Shown: one piece after another, positions 35,306 through 46,712 of the stretch
Layout of the letters: every line of letters begins with the position of its first letter
How positions within the stretch are numbered: position 1 is the stretch's first letter
Assembly (NCBI GenBank): GCA_009602725.1
Contig: WELB01000021.1
Coordinates: 626,971-676,287, forward strand
Reading direction: 5' to 3'
From: Spirogloea muscicola
Lineage: Eukaryota
DNA: 49,317 nucleotides
Notes under the pieces: model-generated
The model's database searches: none
What the model saw: the letters and a program-made list of their open reading frames with translations, nothing else
What the model was told of the DNA's origin: nothing
Translations under genes and position numbers: made by a program

Positions 35306-37914
35306 AAACCACATGGCCAGCTTAGATGCAAATTTCGCTGAGAGTTGGTGATAATTTCTTGCCTTTCCTGATTTGTGTATAATATGCTTCTGCAGACAAG
35401 AGTTCTGACCAGACCATTATAAACGTCTATCAGGAAGTCACGTCAGCTAGCACGCCTTCTGACAGTAAAAATGAGTCATGGAAGCTGGGGTGCATGATTA
35501 CATCGCTGGAAAAAGTGCAGAGCTTACTGTTCTTCTTCTTGCTTCAGGCCTGGAGAAGCAGACAGCACCATCGTTGTTCTTGGGTCACTTCTGTTGTTGC
35601 AAGACAAGGTGGAGCTGTTCGAAAGTCTTTTGACTGCAGCTGCTGTGAAAGCTCGCAAACGATTAGCTGTACCTTAAAACCTAAAAAATCCCCCAAACGC
35701 AACAGTACTGAAGGGCACTGTCGTCCAGATTTGTAATGACCCGCAAGGCATTACACAAGGGGTTAAAGTCTGTCTGACAACAGTCGATGTGTTCTTGATA
35801 CAGAATGCTTTGCTTACCGCACAGCAGCACAAGGAACAGTCCTTCATCAACCCTCCAAATTCCAGCCTACCGTAATGCATTCCGACAATCTCACGCAATC
35901 TACTGTCAATCAGTAGATGATGCTTAGAAGATGAAGTTGACATTGCATAGAGCCACAACTATCTGGCAACGAGCTCTTCGGAACTCTTTGGTAGGTGGTG
36001 GGACGTGCTAGGCTGCTATCTTGGCACCTTCCAACGAGCAGCCTTACCTTCGGTTGGTTCGGCACCGCAAGCTGTTGTCTGTGTGCGACACATGCTGTGA
36101 GTTGCAGTGTGGTGACGATTTAGGAGCTGCTGAAGCCAGATTGGCGAACACCAGGGCCAGCATATGCTGGTTGGCCATGCACAAGAACATTGTCACGTCC
36201 ATGTATTGTTGCATACTCACCTGCACACTCTTCGTGCAGATAGCTCCACGCAACTGCTCGGACCTCGCTACACTTTCAAAGCAGAAGCAGCAGACCCAGC
36301 AGTCTCTGGCCAGACTCCTCTCAGCCGAAGGGGCTGCCCTTCAGACCTGTGATGACAAAGATGCGAGCTGTCTGCTCTGCTCCAGTAGCTGAAGAATCTG
36401 AATGTGAGCACATGTGAGCATGTGTAAGTTGGGCTGCAGGTCTGGATGGCATATTGTGTGCTGGACGTAAGCATATGTCTTGAGACTCCTTGACTACGAA
36501 GTGCTGCGGCACAACTGCTTAGTACTGGCAGACTTCTTGAGCAACCTGGGTGACTGCAGCATGTGCTGAGCAGGATGGCTGTGTGTCGCCGCTAGCAGTC
36601 ACCTGCAGTTTGTGGCTCTTAAGAGACAGGTAGTCAGAAGTTTCGGCCCTCTTCCTAGGACAGGCTGGATGCCCTCAAACAAAAGATGAAGGCACTGGCA
36701 AGCCTGCTGGCGGTGCTTGCAGATCTGGCTACGACCGCAATCAGCACATGTCTGGGTGCTTCTGCAGGCGGCCAAGTCCTTGGACGGCTGAATCCGCTTG
36801 TGCACCTGCAGTGTAGGCGAGGCGAGGGTGGCTTTTCCATCTGACCACCCACAAGCAGGAGAGGTGCATAGGCACATGCGAGCCTTAAGAGGGAAGGTGC
36901 TCCTCTGCAGAAGGCGGTGGCTGAGGAGGGCCAGCCTGACAGCATGGACATATGTCTGCAAGGAGACCATAACAAGTGGACATAACCTCTGCATAGCGTG
37001 TGGCCTGTTGCAATAGCCACTTATGCCCTCGAGTCACGACTGCAAGTCAGATTACAATTGCAGCAGGGAAGAGAGTTGCCACGCGAATCCCAGAGGTGGC
37101 AGTCATGGACAGAAGCTGCCATGAAGATGCAGAATGCCAGCTTGTGAAACTCAAGAAGGGCTGCGTAAGATACGAGGAGGGTGGATGCTGGCAGAGGCTT
37201 CGTGTACGCCAGAGTAGATGTGTGCATAGTATATGCATGATGGGGATGGGCAAAAGGCCGTTAGCATCGGGGAATTGCCTCGCGAATTGCCTCGGAGACA
37301 AAGTCTCGCAGCCAATTGCGCACCCGCCTCACCACCACTCACACTGTTGTGAGACTGAAGCGTCCGGCGGCAGCGCATGTGACTGCCATGTATGTGCGTC
37401 CATCCTCTCTCTTCCCTTCTCATAGCCTCCTCTCACAAGCCCAGTCACTCGCGCGCTTCAATCCATGCCGGTCCTCAGACTTGGTGGGACGCGCCTGCAT
37501 CCGCAGAGACCGAATGGTGGTCATGACTGCTTGTTGGTACACGTCGCATGACCACCCCGATCGAGCTCAAACTACTCAGCAAAAGCGCGGGAGGCTCCAG
37601 CAACCCCCGGTCCGGGCGATGATCGCACGGCAAGCGGCTGCGGGCGGTGCTGGCGCAGCAGGAGCCGGGAGGGACCCGCCTGGCCCCGGACGGCCGGCGG
37701 GCTGGCGGAGGCCCTCTCGCCGTGCAGGAGCCCGCCCGCCTCTAGGAAGCAGCTCTTCCAACGTAAGAAGTGTACAAGGTCTAGAAGGGCCGGCCTTGGA
37801 TTCTTGTCGGGACCACCGTGGAACGACCGCCGGGGGACGACCCGGCCTTGACGACCTCCAGAAAGATGGCGTGCATGAGCGGGTGCTCCTTTCTCTCTGC
37901 GCCATCCGGCTCCC

Positions 37915-38660
37915 TCAGACCTTGTCCTTTCCTTTGGGCTGGCCTCTCACAGCCACCAGTCAACTGGGCCGCGCTTTCTTTCTCTCGGCCCCTTAGGACC
38001 TCTGTCGATCCCGTTTTGGGCTGGCCTTTCACAGCCATCGCCCCATCCTGGGTCTTGGAGTCTTGGGCCTTTTAAAAGCCAGTCGCCTTCCTCCTACTTA
38101 CCTCTCCATTTTCCGGTGTTTTTTCCAGATGCATTACTCCAATGCTGAGTGCCGGTCATTGAACATGCATTCTGAAGTCACTCGCAGAGCTTGTGAAGTG
38201 AGCGCATCTCGTCTCTTTGGACTTTGTTCATCCTTTCCGGGATGGCTTTTCACAGCCCTCGCCTCCTTTGGTCGCCTCATAGTTTTCTGGGCTGGCCCTT
38301 CACATGCATCCGCGCGGGTCGCTCCGCGCGCAGCCTGCCGTCCTCCATCCTCCCCCGTTCTGACATAGCATCTTCAGGCCCCTTCGTAGCTGCTTAGCGC
38401 TTCTTGAGCCCCTCCATCATTTGGCCCCTTCGAACCTTTGTCAATTCCTTTCCGGGCTGGCTTTTCACAGCCCTTGCCCCCATTAAGAGTGCCACTTCTT
38501 CTTCTTCTCTTCAAAGCACTTGCCCTATACTGGAAGAGTCTCTCTCTCCCTTTGGAGAAGTTTACTGCTTCTTCGCTCAAAGAAAGATAGATGCTGTCCC
38601 AAAGGGGGAAGGCTGTGAACCAGCCAGCCCGAAACAAATCTGACAAGGTCCGGTGGGGCC
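37915..38660. mobile_element. Cluster of CRE-like 3'-UTR fragments; last copy inverted
   Basis: gggctggc.tytcacagcc variants at ~37936, 38018, 38238 and 38453, with the reverse complement at ~38610-38630. Confidence 0.8.
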
Positions 38661-38849
38661 AGAAAGCGCCTTTCCAAAGCTTTCACGGGAGGTCATACAG
38701 AGGACTGAGAAAGGCAGGCTTGAAGAAAGGTCTGTGAGAAGTGTCTGCAAGGAAGCCGCAACGAGAAGAACCTTGCGAGCGGCCGCTCTACAGTGACAGA
38801 GGGCCGGAGCGGGCATGTACAAGGCAAATGTAGTCGCGAACGCACGTTG

Positions 38850-39300
38850 TCGAGGTCCACTGCGATTACTGGCTACCTGCTGGATGCTGACCTGGCGTCG
38901 CCGCTCCCCTGGGCGCGGCGCAGCAACATGGCAGCAGGAGTGTGATCGCTGCCCCTGTCGCGTCTCCGCTCGTGCTGCCGCCTGCTGAAGCCCATCAGGC
39001 ATGCCCAGGCCTTTGTCCTCGGGCATTTGTTCGCGGGTTCAGGCCCTGAATGCACGAACTGGGCGCCCAAGAGTTTGTATGCACATCTTGTCTAGTCTGC
39101 CTTTTATGTACGTATCCCTTTCCCTCCTGCTGCCTCAGGCATGTCTTCATCCTCTGCAACCTGCGGGGAGACTGGGCGAGCCCGTGTTTAATGATGATAG
39201 GTGCTGTCGAGTGAAGCGAAACACGCCTCAATGTCCATCTTGAGCCCTCCCTTCAAGGCCTGGCGTGGGGTGAAACCCATCGGGATTACTGGTTGCACGC
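38850..39300 (+). mobile_element. Highly decayed CRE-like ORF remnant
   Basis: SSGICSRVQALN resembles HDGELSRAVQALD; KAWRGVKPIGITG resembles KVTGGVRPIAIGE; the order is correct. Confidence 0.45.
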
Positions 39301-39419
39301 GCTCACAGCCATGCCGGTACTGAGCACGCTGCAAACAGGGGGGGGATGCCTAGCTCAGATACTTTTACCATACCCCCAACACGAGAAGGAGCGCCGCTGT
39401 TGTTCTGAAGGGGACGACT

Positions 39420-40170
39420 TTGAAAGGCGAGCCAGCAAATGACGAATAAGGTCCGAAGAAATGGACAAACAAAATTATTGAGAACGCACAAACAAAGCAG
39501 CTATATAAGTGTTTAACACGATTTGGGCTCAGTAACCGTGTGTCAACACCCCCCCAGATGGCGAAATCCTTCCCCTTTGAATGACTTGCTGGCCAGGCTG
39601 GCCACCCATCTGGCCTGTTCTGGCCAATTAAGTCACTTTGGGCAAAAGCAGGAGATATCACGATTGTAAGATATTCAGAACACTTTTCAATCGATTTCGA
39701 TCAAGCTTTCTGACTCCCTTTGACGTCCATGGAGACTCGGCGGCTCGACCTCCTGCAGCGCCTTGCGAGACGTGCAGTGGCCCGCCGCCAAGGGCAGCAG
39801 AGCGAGCAGCCCGGCTTCAGTGCGCCGGGTCGCTAGCTCAAGTATTTAGGATGCGCCTGGCCGTCTCCCTGCAGCGGTCCCTCGCCTTTGCCGTCCACCT
39901 GCGTGCAGGCCGCGCCATGGCTGCTGCCTCCGGGTTCCGCCAGGGCGACGTCTTTCCGCTCTCTAGCTGTTCCGACCTGCACTTGCTGACTAGAGGTTAC
40001 TGAGAGCCCCCTTGCTGACGTCTTAGCGCTTATTTTCTTGCTTCTTGCACCATCCGGCCCTTTCAGACCGTGTCCATTCTTTTGGGCTGGCTTCTCACAG
40101 CCACTGCCGTCAATCTGGAAGCACATTCATTACCCTTTGGACCTTGTCCACTTTTGGGCGGCCTAGCAGA
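39420..40170. mobile_element. Divergently oriented pair of CRE-like 3' ends (- tail stop 39529-39531; + tail 39740-40003 plus UTR)
   Basis: + strand: AGSLAQVFRMRLAVSLQRSLAFAVHLRAGRAMAAASG..SDLHLLTRGY*. - strand: VLTHGY* with a decayed UTR at 39420-39470. Confidence 0.85.
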
Positions 40171-40780
40171 GCCATTACCCTCTTGGAAGACCTCCTTGTT
40201 CACTTTAGCGAGAGGGTCATAGGCAAAACTCCCGCCGGAAGAGCTGAATGGTGTGCAGCCTTATCTGTGGTTTGCACTCTGTTTCCCATATCCTTGCTGA
40301 CATTCAATGCACCCGGGCTGGCAAATTTGAGACCAGGGATTGACAGCGTAGTAATCCACATATTCCTTTCCCGGCTTCCGGGATCCCCCCTGGAGGTCGC
40401 CTTTTAGTCGACAGGGCTTTCATTGCCAAAGCTTGCGCTGTTGACGTGACCTGAGCCGAGGCAATCCACTTCTGATGACAATTACACTTGACGACAGTTG
40501 AGGTGTGAACTTCGGCAGAGGGCAATATCCTGCTTCGGACTCGTTCATGGGAGGCCGCATAGCGTACAAATAACGTCAGCCTGCACTTGTGAAACATCTG
40601 GCAAGCTTTCCGCATGTGGTCAGTCGCTTATGCACCGTAGCTTCTTGCGCAGCAGAGGCACGGACTATGACTGGAGAACCAGACATGGAAATTTTAGTAA
40701 TCAGAAGGAAAGCTTCGACCCACTTCTAGATGGAGCCAATCGACGACTTCTCCAGGACCTCCTTAGGAAGTTTGACGAGT

Positions 40781-40846
40781 GTAGATTTGAACTACTGACT
40801 TTACGCTTATCAGGCGTATACTCTACACCAACTGAGACATAGGCCC
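40781..40846 (-). tRNA. trnI: tRNA-Ile(GAU) pseudogene of organellar type, missing the 3' acceptor strand
   Basis: GGGCCTATGTCTCAGTTGGTGTAGAGTATACGCCTGATAAGCGTAAAGTCAGTAGTTCAAATCTAC; anticodon stem ACGC/GCGT with GAT (40809-40811); T-loop TTCAAAT. Confidence 0.88.
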
Positions 40847-40848
40847 GA

Positions 40849-40879
40849 CATGCTTGGAAAGATTTGAACTCTCAACCCC
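40849..40879 (-). tRNA. 3' fragment of a second organellar tRNA, probably trnR(ACG)
   Basis: GGGGTTGAGAGTTCAAATCTTTCCAAGCATG has a T-arm and acceptor 3' strand. The anticodon is not present, so the identity comes from recalled similarity to streptophyte mitochondrial trnR(ACG). Confidence 0.6.
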
Positions 40880-40889
40880 ACTTAGCATT

Positions 40890-41036
40890 CTCACTTCCAG
40901 GGAAAAATTTCGTAACATACCGTACCCCAAACCGACACAGGTGGACAGGTAATATATACTAAGGCAATTGAGAGAACCATGTTTGAAGGAACTCAGAAAA
41001 ATAACTCTGTAACAGTAAATTCGTGAGAAGGAGTGC
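40890..41036 (+). rRNA. rnl: Fragment of mitochondrial large-subunit rRNA gene (NUMT)
   Basis: CGTACCCCAAACCGACACAGGTG..GAGAGAACCATGT..GAAGGAACTC..GTAAC..TTCG.GAGAAGG.GTGC is a conserved 23S-type LSU segment. GAGAGAACCATGT fits plant mitochondrial better than plastid sequence. Confidence 0.88.
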
Positions 41037-43519
41037 ACTCTTATAGTAATACACCACGGCTAGTGGTAGTAGTTAGTAATCAGAAGGAAAGCTTCGACCC
41101 ACCTCTAGATGAAGCCAATCGACGACTTCTCCAGGACCTTAGGAAATTTGATGAGTGTAAGCCCTTCACATTCTGGCAAGGTTGGAGAAGCATCACGTCA
41201 AGCATCATCAGACAAGCATCCTTGCAATCAGGGGCAAGACGCGCTTGCAAGCATGCTATGCGGTTGAAAGCTTAGCAATGTCTAGGCTGATGTATCTCCT
41301 ACTCATTCATTGTGATCGTACACACACTCACAGCCAAGAGACCACTCATATACTGGCTGTCTGAAGTACCTATCAATAAGGAAGAAGATGCTCCGTGCAG
41401 CTTGCTCGTTCTTACGGCAGCTCAAATTGTTAGGATTGTCAGTATGGTCTTGTCTACAGCTTTGCCAAAAAAGAGACAGACTTGGATGTGGAAGCGGAGC
41501 AATTGCAGTCTCTTTCGTCATTCAGCAGACGTCCAACCAGGATAGTGGCGTGAAGCTCATTACACGCCTTCAGTTCAGTCCAGTGATGAAATATTCAAGC
41601 GGAAGCACGAAGACAGGAAATCAGTACAGGCAGGGAGGGACACGCATGACCAAGAATAGCTTCCTCCGTATCATCATGGCACCTACACATCATGGGCTGT
41701 ATTGGGGGTGGTCTGTACTAGCCGGTGTCTGACTATCCTAGTGCACTTATATTCAGTGCACAACCTCATGAAGCCCTACCGCTGAGGCTAAAGCGTGTTT
41801 GTCACTGAAAACGACTGGCCAGAGCAATTAGTGCCATCATGACACTTAGAAGGCCCACGATAACAGGTCCAATGTATTGCGCGTGCCTGCCAAATTATTT
41901 AGAAACAATCTTTGTCAAAGTAGCTCTCTGAACAGCTAGACAGCTGCGAGAGACTCAGCACAGGCAATTGGCAGCACAGATGGTGAAGCGCACAGAATAT
42001 CCTTTGGACAGGACTGGAGTGCTGATATCTCACATCTTTCTAGAACCCTTCTACAGAAGATGGAGATCCAGGTTGTGCATCACAGCTTCAGCACACATGC
42101 TTAGGACATCGTATAAACAAGCCTGCCACTCACCAGGACGGAACTTGCACTTGATGGAGACAGGGCTTAGTCAAGAGATACTGCTGACAACCTTTTGCCT
42201 CTGCGTCAAGGATTCCAAGGGCTAGGAAGAGTTGCACAGCGTAGTCATTTCGTGCTGCTTTCAGAGTTTCCAATGGCCCCCGTGATAGGTCACGCGCCTG
42301 CTCATACTAATAGTACAGCATCAGCTCACTAAGTTCAAGTCATAAAGACGTTGAAAGGGTTGCCAAGAAGGTCGTGCTTGAGGTATCTGAAAAGCTTGAA
42401 AAAGCTAGACTGATGACAAATGAGCAATTGAGAGCAAGTCTAGCAGTGGGTGGTAGTCTGTGGCAGCACACAGAGACTTAGTACATGTACACAGAGACAA
42501 GAACACATACCTTTCCGCACACATAAATTGCATCGTAAGTAGCTGCCACGAAAATCTCAAGCCCAATCTTCATTCCAGTGGAAGGAGCTCTGTCTCTTTT
42601 ACAAGATTCCATTAGATTTTGCAAAACAGGTGGGATAGCCTGCAATGCGAGCTCTCTGAATTGTTCTTGTGGTTGCTGGCGACTGTCAGGCCAATTTTTC
42701 AGAACCTTTTCCCCCGCTTCTTTGACGGAGGTGTACAGCTATGCACACAAGCAGCAATGGATATTGGTCAGCTTAAGTGTGCTGTCTACAAGCAGTCCAG
42801 TAATTCGCAATCACAGACATGGGGTCGTCACAAAGGACATCAGAAGCAATCTGTCCTGTGACACAGGCAACCAGCAACAAGATGCAAAAGCATGAAGGCT
42901 GTGGCACTTCGTTGACACGAGACTGCCACCACTTCAAGTGGCATGCAGTTATGGAGCCTTGTCGCTGACAGTGGAGCATCTGTTCAGAGGTTGCGTCCTG
43001 GAAGTCTCGCTTACTGTGGTTGGCCCGATGGAAGCGCTGTCAAGAGGGCGTTGACCATCACCCACACTGCTTGTCATTGACGCGGGCGGCTGTCCTGAGA
43101 TCACGGGCGTCATGTGAGGGCCTGGCCGGATCGCCAGAGGCACTTGTGCGAAGCGCCGACTGCGATCTGCGGAGCCGCCAGAAGTCAGGAGTCAGAGGTC
43201 GGCGCCGTCAGCAAGCCGTGCGCGCGCGGAGGAGCCGAGGGCAGAGCAAGCGGCGCAGGAGAGCGAGGGCGCACGAGAGGGCGGGCCTCTGGCAGGAGAG
43301 GGGTAAGGCGTGGGCTGCCTACCCGGCGGCTAGGAAGACTGCGGCTGCTGATATTGGAAGAGTGGCTTGTTGTGGCCAGCCAGGTGCATCCACCCGCTAC
43401 GGCTGGAGAGGTCAGAAGTGCAGAGCTCTGCGTCGCTTCTGAGCGAGGCGCCGCCGGCTCGGCGCTGCAGAAGCAAGGTCGAGGGGAGGGGGGGGGGGAC
43501 TGGCACAGCCTTCCTCCCT

Positions 43520-44030
43520 TGTGGGACCCACTTCCAGGAGCCTAGCTTCTCGGACCTGAGGCTGCTTAGCAGGGGTTACTGAGTAATACGTAGCTGCTTT
43601 GTTTCTTGCTGTGCTTGTTTTTCTTAGCGTTTCCCCTTGGCCCCCTTTTCGTACTTCGTTCCTCATATTTTTGGCTGGCTTTTCGCTGTCGCTGCTTAGC
43701 TCGTAGTTTGGCCCCTTCGAACCTTGTCAATTCTTTTCGGGCTGGCCTCTCACAGCCCTTGCCCCCATTGGGAGAGCCACTTCTCTCTCTTTTCCGGCCC
43801 CTATCCTCAATGGGCGGCAGCTAGTCTGTCGGATGTGAGGCTCCTCACTCGTAACTACTAAGTGGTCCATCCTCCCCCGTTCTGCCATAGCCTCTTCAGG
43901 CCCCGCAGTCGCTGCTTAGCTCGTAGTTTGGCCCCTTCGAACCTTGTCAATTCTTTTCGGGCTGGCTTCTCACAGCCCTTGCCCCCATTGGGAGAGCCAC
44001 TTCTTCTATCCTCAATGGGCGAGCCCTTTC
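43520..44030 (+). mobile_element. Triple nested CRE-like 3' ends
   Basis: Host tail (stop 43580-43582). Its UTR carries inserts at 43685-43788 (flanks cttttc) and 43817-44005 (SDVRLLTRNY*, flanks ctatcctcaatgggcg). Confidence 0.9.
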
Positions 44031-44379
44031 CACTTTCTGTCCCAAAATTCCCTCCGCCCCCCGGATGGGGCTTTAGCGTTGAGAGGCCTCACGATTGGCC
44101 ACCCCTCGAAGCCGTCCCTGCCTGCCGTCCGATCGAAGATACCGCCAAGGTCAATGACCTCGGTCTTCCCGTTCAAAATTGTGAACCACTGACTCCTTCG
44201 ACCGTGCCCTTGCCCCCATCTGGAGAACCACTTCTTGCCACAGGGAGAGCCACTTCTTCGACGTGCCCACTCCACGCTATCTGCCTCCAAGGCTGGGCAT
44301 TTGGTGGCCTGCGCCGCCCGGGGACAAGGAATCAAAGCATGCGGATCACCCGCGGGAGGAAGAAAGCGCGGCCAGATTG

Positions 44380-46115
44380 ATAGGTGGCAGTGAGAGGCCA
44401 GCCCAAAGGAATGGACAAGGTCGCGGAGCGGGAGGACGAAGTTTCCCGCTCGGTATCGACACTCACGGGGCTATTGGCGCCCGGTGGCTCGAGCTGCTCC
44501 ACCAGCTCTCGCCCAGCGCTGTATCTTGCTGGTACCACGGGGAACAGCCGACTTCCACACAGCCGGCTGGTGTACCGCACGTGCTTGGCCGTCTCTTTTG
44601 AGTCTACAGCGCTCCCAGGCACTCGCGTTACACCAGCGTGCTGGTCGTGCAATAGCCCAGGCTAATGGCTTCCGTGGTGGTGGTTTGGCGCCTCAGTAGA
44701 GCTTGTCAGATATGCATGTGCTCACCCGGGGTTATTAGTGTCCCCCTTAGCCAGCCCATTACCCAGTTACCTGGTCAATTGTAAGGCTAGAATTGGCCTC
44801 CCTTTCAGTATCATGCGCACCGCGCGCTTTCTCTCTCTGCAGAGGTCCATGGACCTGCACCTACGTGCCGGACGAGCCCTCGCTGCTGCCTCTGGCCCTG
44901 GCTAGGGGGCCGCTTACAGGAGCCAAGTTTCTCTGACTTGAGGCTGCTTAGCAGAGGTTACTGAGAGTTTCGTAGCTGCTTAGTTTCTTTGTGCTTGCTT
45001 GTCTAAGTGCTTCCCTGGCCCCTTCTCGCACTTTGTTCATTTCTTATTTTGGGCTGGCCTTTTCCAGCCCCCCTCCTCAATGGGCGAGCCCTTCTTCTCT
45101 CGCTCTCTCGCGCAGGTATATTGCATGCGCCTGCCCGTCTTGCTGCAGAGGTCCATGGCACGTGCGCTGTCTGCGTGCCGGTCGCGCATTGGCTGCAGCC
45201 TCTGGCTCTGGCCAGGGGACCCGCTACTCGGAGATTGGTCTCTCCGGCCTGCGGCTGCTAAACAGGGGGTTACTGAGGTTTCGTGGCTACTTGCTTTCTT
45301 GTGTGCTTTCTCTGGCCCCTTCGACATTGTTCATTATCTATGGGCTGGCCTCCTCACAGCCACCGCCCTCTCCTGGAAGCATCTTCACTTTGGGGGAGCC
45401 ACTTCGCCCTCTACTGGGAGAGTCTTTCTGTGAAGGGGACGAGGGCTGTGAACAGCCAGCCCGGAAAGACTTGACAAGGTCCGAAGGGGCCGAAAAGTGC
45501 TGAAATACATGACTAAGCAGGGACCATGTAGGATTAGGCATGCCGCCCCAACCTATTCAAAGGCCTGCCTCCCCACCTATCTGACCGGAGTGTGTCATCT
45601 TTTGATTTTGCGACACCGTGTGTCAGCCATTTTACAGCGAGCTTAGGCTCATGCTTTGCACCAGAAAGTGGTTGAGCTTTGGCTGGTGGCAGAAGGGCTT
45701 GTCGTTTGCAGTCCGGTATCCGGGCATCAGTTAGCGCCCTCTTCGTGCTGACTCGTTGTTGCTGAGCTGGTCAGCTTAGCAGCTTGTAACAGACATCTGT
45801 TGCTTCCACGAATGGCTGCATAGCCGTTATTCTTTCTGATATTGGGGGGTGCCTCGTGCCAGATTATGGGGTGCTCCTGCGCCTTCAAGCATTTGGTATT
45901 TGCCATCTGGTGTTCAGGCATCGATTGGCGACCTCTATGCGTTGACCCGTGGTTACTGAGCCGGTCAATTTGCAGTGGGTGATGACGGCATTAGATGTGC
46001 TTGCCTTTGTACTCGGCCATTTTGGCCTTCGATTCTTTCAACTTTACAAATAACTTACTTCCGGCCCTTTAAGACCTTGATCAATGTTATTGGGTCGGCT
46101 CTCACAGTCACTGCC
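44380..46115 (+). mobile_element. Array of four CRE-like 3' ends (stops ending 44738, 44964, 45276, 45959) with UTRs; inverted UTRs at 44385-44420 and 45435-45495
   Basis: SDMHVLTRGY*, SDLRLLSRGY*, SGLRLLNRG(fs)Y* and GDLYALTRGY*; stem-loop motif at 45051, 45342 and ~46092. Confidence 0.85.
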
Positions 46116-46712
46116 GTATAAGCTGTTTCTTTTTGGTTGCCCTGTCATACGATGGGCCCCGCACGCCGCGACGCTTGCTGACCAACTCTTGCTGAGTACC
46201 TCGAAGTCCGCGGAACTTCCAGCTGGGTGCACACCAGGTCGTGGCGCAGCCGCCCAGAGCGTGGCGGCGGCGGCCCGCCACCGCCACCGCCAAACACCAC
46301 CACCCGGCCCCCCACCGCCAGTTAGTCGCAAAGACCTACCTAGAGGCTGCGAAAAGCATGCAAAACAAGGACTGAGTTGCTGGAGGCTTCATCTTGGCGA
46401 GGGTGCCGCCACAGGACGGGGGCAGCTAAGAAGTGGGCAGTGTGAAGGGGCTGATTTCACATCGCCCTTGTGCCATTGTCTTACTTATTCAGCCGGCTAG
46501 GTCTAGCGCACCTTCTATTGCAGTATTCTTGAATGTTGTGTACCGCGACCTGTGGAGCTCGGGTAGTCAAAAGGCAGGCAGAAGCCTCGATGTGCCCTCA
46601 ACTCACACCGTCTTCACGACTTCTCGCGAGGCCTCCACTGAGCGCCTGACCAAGTGTGGCTGGTGAGCCTTCTCACAGCCTGAGGATTCTGAGTACCTAG
46701 CGCACTCTTCCA

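Larger units (their letters stand above)
40694..41159. repeat. ~90-bp direct repeats (40694-40783, 41073-41159) flanking a 289-bp mitochondrial-derived insert
   Basis: ttagtaatcagaaggaaagcttcgacccac..gagtgta occurs twice, with a few substitutions and a 3-nt indel. Confidence 0.93.

Noticed and set aside
40781..41036. Functional tRNA and rRNA genes
   Set aside because: All are truncated, carry substitutions and are joined in opposite orientations, so they are treated as a NUMT.
43730..43770. Hammerhead ribozyme in the reverse complement of the UTR motif (ctgtgag..cgaaa)
   Set aside because: The core reads CUGUGA rather than CUGANGA, and I could not form stems I and III.
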